DNA of 62,600 nucleotides, filler included. It is 9 parts of 9 records of this genome, joined end to end, with 100 filler letters (N's around TTAATTAATTAA, not from the genome) between each part and the next. Parts side by side here need not be neighbours in the genome. Positions count along the whole stretch, not along the records: positions 47,843 to 57,152 come from SRR7504441_195; positions 57,253 to 62,600 come from SRR7504441_196; 7 more parts are not named here. The stretch is one strand, 5' to 3'. The position numbers and the translations under genes were made by a program. The notes under the pieces are model-generated. The model was not told the DNA's origin and made no database searches. It was given only the letters and a program-made list of their open reading frames with translations. This document shows positions 55,149-62,600 of the stretch, piece by piece (the stretch's first letter is position 1; every line of letters begins with the position of its first letter).

Positions 55149-57005
55149 TTAACTCCCGTCCCTTCTGACAGGGACGGGAGATAGAGAGGGGGAACTTAAG
55201 AAGCTGTGTTCCCCCTCGCCCGGTCGGTTGGAGTCGGTTGAGCCCTGTTGGACCATCTTGCCGAGCAGCCTTTCTATCCGCTCCAGCCGCAGCTCCACCT
55301 TGTGCTCCAAGGCGGCAAATCTTTCATTTAGCAACCCAACCGCTGCCCCTGGGTGCCGCTCTTGTGCCACTGGGCTGCATGGCCGGGCCAGAGAGCCGCT
55401 CGAATCCCTCGGGGGGCTTCGAAATCCCTGATCCGGCAGCATATAACTATGAGATCCCGCCCTTGGTCTGGACGGCGGCATCGGTGGCACTCGGTCCATT
55501 CCGCGGCCATCGATCTGATCTTCACTAACCACAGTCGACCTGCCCGCCGCTGGCCCGGCCATCCCGCGTTCGGCGGTACCTAGAGCCCTTGAGCTGGTCG
55601 CATCCGTGGAACGGCACCGCCGTCAAGCTGGAACGGTGCGACTCAGCGAATGTGTGTCGCCGGCTCGAGAAGCTGAGTTCATTGAGTACAGCCCCTAGCG
55701 TGATTGATCCGCGGTGGAAACTCGCGCTGGGGCTCTGGGGCGGGGTGACAGCCGAATGTTGCGGTGAGAGACACAGATGATGCTCTTCGGCACTTTCGAT
55801 GACCATCAGCTCAATAAACCCAGATCCGATGATACCTGCCGGCAGCGCGAATATCGCCACCTGTAGCCCTGTTGTGACACCAATTTGGGATTGGGCACAC
55901 CCCCACGAACGCCACCGTGCTGGCAAATATCTTGCCCCCAACTGATTGTGGCACCACGTCGCCGTATCCGACGGTGGTGAGCGCTGTGACGCTCCACCTA
56001 GACCCTAAAGCTTCAGGCGGTGCGCAGCCGTCACAGACCAGAGCGCGTCTCCGTAAGTCTTCACATCAGGGTTATCATTCTCGATGAACCTTCCAGAACC
56101 CATTACACCGACAGGCGGGCTCGCACCAGAAGATCACAGACGAGAGCATGGTAACCACGCACCCGACGTAAAGCGAGCTGAACAGCTCGTGTCGCTTGTT
56201 ATGGAGAACCTGAGACCCAGTCAAACCAGCCCACCGGGGGCCGCACCGAGAAGACCCGTTTGAACGCCTTGGATTGCCGTTCCAGCCGCAGGAATTGGAC
56301 CAGCCGCAAGGTGCGCAGCGCCACAAACCCGCGAAAGCTGTTAGTGTCTTCTGCAAAGTTGTCTATCAGGTCCGGGAGGAAGGCCAGGATGCAGAACAAA
56401 TCGAGCAACGAGAGCGGCTTGCGAATCCAGCGGAGCCGGCCCCAGCGCATGCTGTACCGTGGGTCCTCTTTGCACGACCACAGCCGGGCTGAATATTCCA
56501 GCGAGTACACCACTGGCCCGAACCTCACCGGAGGCCGGCGGCCAGCGCACCGATTGAGAAGATCTCAAACGCCGGGACCACTACCCGAGTGAACACGCCT
56601 GCCAACGGGCTGACCGCTGAGTTGGTGTCGGCTGCTCACCCTCCTGGTGCCCAATAGCGATCGAGACGAGTGTGAGCGCCACGTTGGCCACGATTATGAC
56701 CACTATTGCCTGGCCTGAGCTGCCCCCGGCCCCCGCCCGGCAGGCGCACCGCCTCAATACCGAGCGCGAGCGCCGAGCTGGATCGGTGGCCGAACTTGGA
56801 AGAGCCGAGCGAGAGGACGTACCAAAACCGGAGGCGGACATGCATCTCATCCCTGGCGCACAGATACCACTCGGGGCCCAGGGGGGGCGCACCAGGGGGG
56901 AAGCTGCCTGCGCCAGGCGCACCAGTCATCCTGGTCCCTCTCAGAGCCCAGAAGCGACGAGCTGCCCCGGAGGTCGCCCGTCGAGCCGGCGGATGCAGCG
57001 TGCAT
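55149..57005 (-). CDS. Voltage-gated 6TM potassium channel, multi-intron; start approximate
   Basis: YSLEYSARLW, PLSLLDL, S4 LRTLRLVQFLRLER, pore ALTTVGYGDVVP (about 55955-55985), IFALPAGIIGSGF. Confidence 0.9.
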
Positions 57006-57455
57006 CGTGGGGCGGCCGGTGATTACTATTTCCGTTAGTAGGCCGGCTTAACTCAAGGCAATGAACTGGCGACTCACTTATCTGATACTTACCTAGACCC
57101 CGTTGCGAGCACCAAGTTTCAAGAGGCACGATGCAAGGTCTAGGTAAGTACTNNNNNNNNNNNNNNNNNNNNNNNNNNNNNNNNNNNNNNNNNNNNTTAA
57201 TTAATTAANNNNNNNNNNNNNNNNNNNNNNNNNNNNNNNNNNNNNNNNNNNNAGAGCGAACCGGGCTTCTGCGTCCCCGCACATCGCCTCGGCCGCCAAT
57301 CGGGCAAATGCTGCGTCCGTTCTCATGCTCTCCATGTTCATTCAACCTCGCGGTCCCGAACCCCGGCCTTGCGTCCGTTGATTTCGGTGCGACTGACCGT
57401 TGCTGTCCGCGCCAGCACAGGTAGGCGACACGGCGCAAGCCCCCTCCGCGGGAGA

Positions 57456-60400
57456 ATGAGTTGGAGAGCTGCGTCGCCACCCCCGGCCGGGCCACCAGCG
57501 GTGCCCCCGCACAACAGCCTGCTCGCCCGCTCTTCCGAATGGATGGACGGTGCCCGCCACTGCACCGCCGCCTGCCGCTCACCGCTGGCCGCCGCAGGCT
57601 ACAACCACGGGTATGAAGACGGCCGACGGGTGGCCCCTACGCCGGCTGTCGTGCACGGGCCGGACCCCAACCTCGAAGTGGCAGCGCTCAAGAGCACAAT
57701 CAGGGACATGGAGAACGAGTTGGCCCGGCAGCGCAACTGGGAGCGGCACGTGATGGGCGACCGGGACCGGGGCAGCGGGGCCGAGCTGTCGACGCTCCGG
57801 GGCGAGCTGAGGCAGAAGGACGACACGATCCACGAGCTCCGGGCTCAGCTGCGCGGCGATCACCGGGCAAACACCGAAACTGCCTCACTGCGGTTCAAAC
57901 TGGAATCGAATGAGAAGGAGGTGACGGAGCTGCGGCAAGCACTGGCCGAGTGCCTGGAGTCGCTCCGGTTGAAGGAGAGCGTGGCCCCGGCCGCGTTGGA
58001 GACCCGGGTTGTTTCGCTTGAGAGTCAAATTCACGAGGCCAAGCAGGTGGATGGTGAGATGGCTTACTGGCAGAACGAAGCTCGCCGGCTCAAGATGGAG
58101 TTGGACGGCGTGGTCACCGAGCTGCGGAAGCACCAGATGGACAAGAACATGGCCGTCGAGCACGGCTTCGGTGACGCCAAGCGCGCGTGGGACGCTCTGC
58201 AGGCAGAGAAGATGCGCTCAGAGGCTGAGCAGCGCCGGTTCTCAGAGGAGCTGCGACACGAGCGGCAGCGGTTCGACGAGCTGGTCGTTCAACTGGACAG
58301 CCGGCAGGGCGACGACGGGCTGCTCGACGAGGCCCGCCGGCTGACCGCGATCGAGCGTGAGAGAGGCGACGCTTTGGAGGCCGAATGTGAGAAGATGAAG
58401 CTATCGCAGAGGGAGACACTTGATGAGAGCCAGGCTTTGGTCAAGTCACTGCAGGTGGGTCGGGCGGGGCCGGGCGGGCTGACTGCTCGGCCAGGCGGCG
58501 CTGGATGAGCAGCGGCGCGGCGCGACGCAACTGGAGAATCGGGCTGTGATGGCGGAGCGTCGTGTGTTCGAGATGCAGAGTACGGCTGCCGAGAGAGGGC
58601 GGGCCGAGCGGCTGGGGCAGATCAGATCGAGGAGTTCAATGCGATCATCGAAGGCCTGCGCCGGGGCGAGGCTCTCTGGCAGGAGAGGGTGGACGAGGCG
58701 ATGCACCGAGTCGCACACCTCGAGCAAGTGAGCGGCTGGTTAATGCCCTCAGCTGATTCCGTGTCAGCTGCGGACCGACGAAGCGGCGCGGACCGACGCT
58801 ATCCTCAAGCAGATGAAGATCGAGCTCTCCGAGGCGGTGCGTGCGAGAGCTAAGTAAAGCCCGAGCGGCGTGCAGGTGAGACTAGAGGAGCTCTCTGGTC
58901 AGCGCGAGTCGAACGCACGCGAGGACGCCTCGGAGGAGCGCACCTGTAAGGAGAAGGAGATCGTCCGGTGCGATTCGCTCCAGCGGGAGCTGAACAAGGT
59001 GGTTGGTAGTCCGCTGCGGTGGGCTGACAGTGTGCCAGTTGAGACAAGAGTTGGCGGATACTAAAAGAGACAGGTCCAATGCCGACCAGCTGCAAGCGCT
59101 GATCGATCAGCTCGAGATCTCGCTGAGCGACGAACGGAACAAGGTGAGCGCGCCCTCTCTTGGCTGGAGGTGCTGAGTCTGTTGGCGGTAGAGCGAGGCG
59201 GCAGCCGCGCGGATCTCGCAGTTTGATCTGCAACTCGAGGACTTGCGATCGCAGGTGAAGCGGGAGACCGAGCGGGCGGATACTAACATGCGGGAGCTGG
59301 AGCACACCAAGGAGCTGCATATGAGCACCGTAAGCAAGCTGCGGAAAGAGCTTTCCGACATGCAGGCCGTGATTTCTCGGAAGGACACGCAGGGCAGCCA
59401 CGAGGCTGGGTTGCTCAAGGACGAGATCGTGCAGCTCACCCGGGCCCTGCATGCGCTCGAGAGCACCAATCAGGACCTGCAGGCCAAGCTGGCTCAAGTT
59501 CACTCGGACGCGATGGGGTTCAAGGACCAAGCTGCTGGGCTGAGTAAGCAGCTCAAGGATGCGTTCGACGAGCTCAAGGCCGCACAGGCGGAGCTCGATG
59601 AGGCCAGGCTGCAGGCCGGCAAGTACGCTACCGGGCATAGGGCGGTGCCACCAATGGTGGGCGATATGCGCGCGGCGCTCCAGTCAGCAGAAGAGGAAGC
59701 AGCCAAGCTCAGGAGGGAATTGGATCAGCTTTATGGCAAAGGGGACGACTTGGAGGGGGCCAACAAATCGCTGAGTCAGCAATTGGAAGAGCTCAGGCGT
59801 GAGCTCCGCTCCAAAGATGAGCAGTTGACAGATGTGCGAAATCAACTCAAGAAGGCCCTGGATGAGCTGGAGGCTCTGCGCAAACAACTGGAGGCAGCCA
59901 CAAATGAATCGGCCGGCTTATTGGGCAAGCACAAGTCAATGAAGGACCTGGTTGATGAGCTCCGCTCGATGCTGAAACAAGCTGAGGACGAGCTCGATTC
60001 ACTCCGTCGTGAGAATTCGACTCTGCACTCAGAGCTGGAGAGTTCGAAGAATGAGCTCGTCAGAGTGCTGCAGCAGCTGCAAGAGGCTCAAGAGGAGGCC
60101 TCTGCACAGCAGCGGCTCAAGGACGCTGCGCTGGTCGAGCTGCAGCGGGCTGAGGATGAGATTGGTCGACTGAGGAGGGCGCTAGAGGAGGCCATCGAGG
60201 ACGCAGCTGCGCAGAGGAGGCAGAAAGAGGCGGCGCTCGTTGAGCTGCAGCGAGTCGAAGATGAGCTGAGCCATTGCCATAGAAGGTGCGCTGAGCTGGA
60301 GGAGGAGCTCGCTCGGCTGCGGGCCGAACTTGCCAGAGCGCTGGCCAGCTCGGCGTCTGAAGATGAGCTCGCTCGGCTCCGCAAGGAGCTGGCCGCCTGC

Positions 60401-61282
60401 CAGGAGGAACTGGCCCGGCTGCGCAAGGCGCTGCAAAAGGCCGAAGATGAGGCAATCTCCCTCCGTCGCCAGCAGAAGGCAGCAGAGGCAGAAGCGGCCA
60501 AGGCAAAGGAGGCCTTGGCAGAGCTTAAGGTGGCGTATAAGAAGCTGCAGGACGAGCTGGCAGCGTTGCGAGCTCGGGGCGGCCCTGGCGGCGAGAGCGA
60601 GGCTGAGCTGGCAAGGCTGTTCACACTTCGACTGGTGATTCAGAACTGGGAAAGCTACCTGAGCAGAGTGCTGAGTGAGAGCTTTGCACTGTGGAAGGAG
60701 ATCTACAACCTCGCGAGGGAGGACGCGACAAGGAAGGCTTGTGCCACCCAGCTGCTGCGCAAGTACATTGCCGCGTTGCTGGGTGATCCAAGAGCACGTG
60801 CGCTGTCTCGCATGCGGAGCAATCATCTCCACGGCAAGGAAGGAGATTTCCATCACGATGAGGATAAGGATAGGATCTTTGCTGAAGCGCTGGCTCGGGC
60901 TCGTGCTGAGCTGCCATTCCTGTGGGAAGCAGAAGCAGGTAACGGGGAGTGGAAAGCGCACGAGCCTTCGGTGTGCGCTCAGCTGGAGGATGCCATTGTC
61001 CGGCAGAAGGACCAACTAGCAGTCACCTCGCAGCGCAAGTCGTACCTGATGTGGATACATGGCCGGACGCAGATTGATGTTGCGACAGGCCGTAACCATG
61101 GCCTGAGGCGACGAAAGCCCGAGATTGCGTATAAAACGGTGCAGCCATCAGAGGACCTGACAATAGGAGCCACACCGATGCCTGGCGCCAGCCCCAGCAA
61201 AGGAGGGGCACCCGGAGCACGTGGAGGCAAACCTCCAAGGTCGCCCTCAAGTGCTCAGGCAAAGGCAGCACGTGGTCGATAG
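57456..61282 (+). CDS. Long coiled-coil protein with a C-terminal WWE-like domain; several introns; start uncertain
   Basis: Heptad repeats including a duplicated AALVELQR unit; LWEAEAGNGEWKAHEPSVCAQLEDA..YLM..TQIDVATG..LRRR resembles WWE. Confidence 0.7.
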
Positions 61283-61592
61283 GATCGCTCGGTGATGGCG
61301 CAGTCTCCTATTTTAAGCCGATCCTAGTTGCCTGGCCGCTCATCTATTCGGTCTCCAAGCATGGTTTACTCGGAGTCTTCTACATGTTCAAGATTGCACC
61401 AACTCCACATCATTGAGTACGAGTATGTGCTACGAGTACGTATACATGTGAATGTGCGAATGTTCTTTTAGAGTGATAAATGAGTGTAATAGAATAGCCT
61501 CCAGCGGAGGCGCGTCAATCATTAATGATTTGTTGATATTTTAATTTTTGCATCAATGGGTATCATCTTGTAAATAACTCATGATCATGATC

Positions 61593-62585
61593 TCACATGT
61601 CTTTGATTGGCTTGACCGACCGTTGCAGCTCACCGCTGCTCCGCGAGTAGCATTGTTCCGGCTTCCCCTGAAGCTCCATCACCAGTCGGGCCGCGCAGAA
61701 CAGATAATCGCTCAGCCTATTCAAGTATCGGCTCACCGCCTCGTCCCACTCCCAATCTGGATTCGACCCCCGCAGCGCGACCACCCGCCGCTCGGCCCGC
61801 CGGCACACCGTCCGGGCCACGTGCAGCCGGGCCGCACTGGCATCTCCACCGGGGAGCAGGAAGTTGGCCAGCTCAGGCAGCCGGTCTGTGATGTTGTCGA
61901 TCCAAAGCTCGAGCAGCTCCACGTTGTGCTCACCAAACTGCGTGAGTGCTAGCTGGGCCCCGGACCCACCCCCACCGCGCGGGGTGGCCACGTGCGAGCC
62001 GACGTCCAGCAGCCGGCTCATCACGTTCTCCAGCTGGCTGGCCAGCTCGGCCCCCGCAGGCTCGCTGAGCACGGATTCTGGCAGCGCGCCGTGCGCCAGG
62101 CCCACGAACGCATTGAGCTCGTCCACCGCACCGAGGGCCTCAAACACTAGGTCATCTTTGGGCCGGCGCTCCCCGGTGAACAGCGCTGAAGTGCCCCGGT
62201 CTCCGGTCTTGGTGTACGGGACGCTCTTTTTGCGGGGGGCGGCCATCGCTGGGCGCAGTGGTTCGCTCCTGACAGGCCGCTGCTCGCGGGGCACCCCGAC
62301 GTTGGCCCATCCGTACGGGCAGTGGCGGCACCGGCTGCCGCAACATGCCCCGCGTCGCCGGTGGCTTAGCTCTGTGAACACTGTGAAGCCCGTGGCCGGG
62401 TCAACGTAGCTGCCCTCTCCGCCGGCGCAAGCGGCGGCGTGCAACTCTTCGATCTCGAGCGGGAGGGAGGCGGGCCGGGCGGGCCGGGCCGCCGCCGCGT
62501 GGGCCAGTCGAGAAACTGCTGGCCGCCGGAGCATCCGCCGTATCGCGGCCACCGCCATGACCAGCAGCGGCGCGGTCCAGCGCAT
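61593..62585 (-). CDS. MMAB: Cob(I)alamin adenosyltransferase (PduO/MMAB type) with an N-terminal DUF5522/C1orf53-like domain and a probable mitochondrial presequence
   Basis: YTKTGDRGTS, FEALGAVDELN, FLLPGG, LHVARTVCRRAER, YLNRLSDYLF; upstream LHAAAC..YVDPATG..RGACCGSRCRHCPYG. Confidence 0.95.
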   Translation of the reverse strand: MRWTAPLLVMAVAAIRRMLRRPAVSRLAHAAAARPARPASLPLEIEELHAAACAGGEGSYVDPATGFTVFTELSHRRRGACCGSRCRHCPYGWANVGVPREQRPVRSEPLRPAMAAPRKKSVPYTKTGDRGTSALFTGERRPKDDLVFEALGAVDELNAFVGLAHGALPESVLSEPAGAELASQLENVMSRLLDVGSHVATPRGGGGSGAQLALTQFGEHNVELLELWIDNITDRLPELANFLLPGGDASAARLHVARTVCRRAERRVVALRGSNPDWEWDEAVSRYLNRLSDYLFCAARLVMELQGKPEQCYSRSSGELQRSVKPIKDM

Positions 62586-62600
62586 GCACTGGTCGCCGCG

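Noticed and set aside
10498-57252. Regularly recurring TTAATTAATTAA flanked by Ns as a biological repeat or CRISPR-like array
   Set aside because: Identical 100-nt artificial contig spacer; no repeat-spacer array or cas genes anywhere
200-62589. Many overlapping antisense or alternate-frame ORFs in the track
   Set aside because: Arg/Pro/Ala-rich shadows expected from high-GC coding DNA; no motifs

Overview
This window is not prokaryotic. It is nuclear DNA from a GC-rich, gene-dense unicellular eukaryote, made of 9 short contigs joined by eight artificial 100-nt linkers (N44-TTAATTAATTAA-N44), so gene order across a linker means nothing. It holds about 30 protein-coding genes, mostly in head-to-head pairs only 25-250 bp apart, with AT-rich convergent ends. 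Conserved genes are broken by many tiny (about 35-47 nt) spliceosomal introns, so the ORF track fragments them. In the four genes I could splice fully against known protein motifs, 7 of 23 introns have GC-AG rather than GT-AG ends. Recognisable genes: asparagine synthetase, vanin/biotinidase, TauE/SafE, THOC3, cathepsin B-like protease, AASDH-type mono-modular NRPS, pectin acetylesterase, SepSecS, sterol desaturase, PEX11, V-ATPase H, archaemetzincin, EGLN-like hydroxylase, GPCR-PIP kinase, a K+ channel and MMAB. The best leads are: a C1orf53/DUF5522 Cys-rich domain fused in frame to cobalamin adenosyltransferase; the GC-AG-rich micro-intron system; a WW-cyclophilin-PQBP1-RanBP2 zinc finger fusion; a protein with tandem degenerate RelA/SpoT-Mesh1 HD domains; a giant repeat membrane protein with an F-box; and a recurrent Myb-like AACGG motif in the tiny divergent promoters. 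All family calls come from motif recognition by eye; no searches were run and splice sites are inferred.
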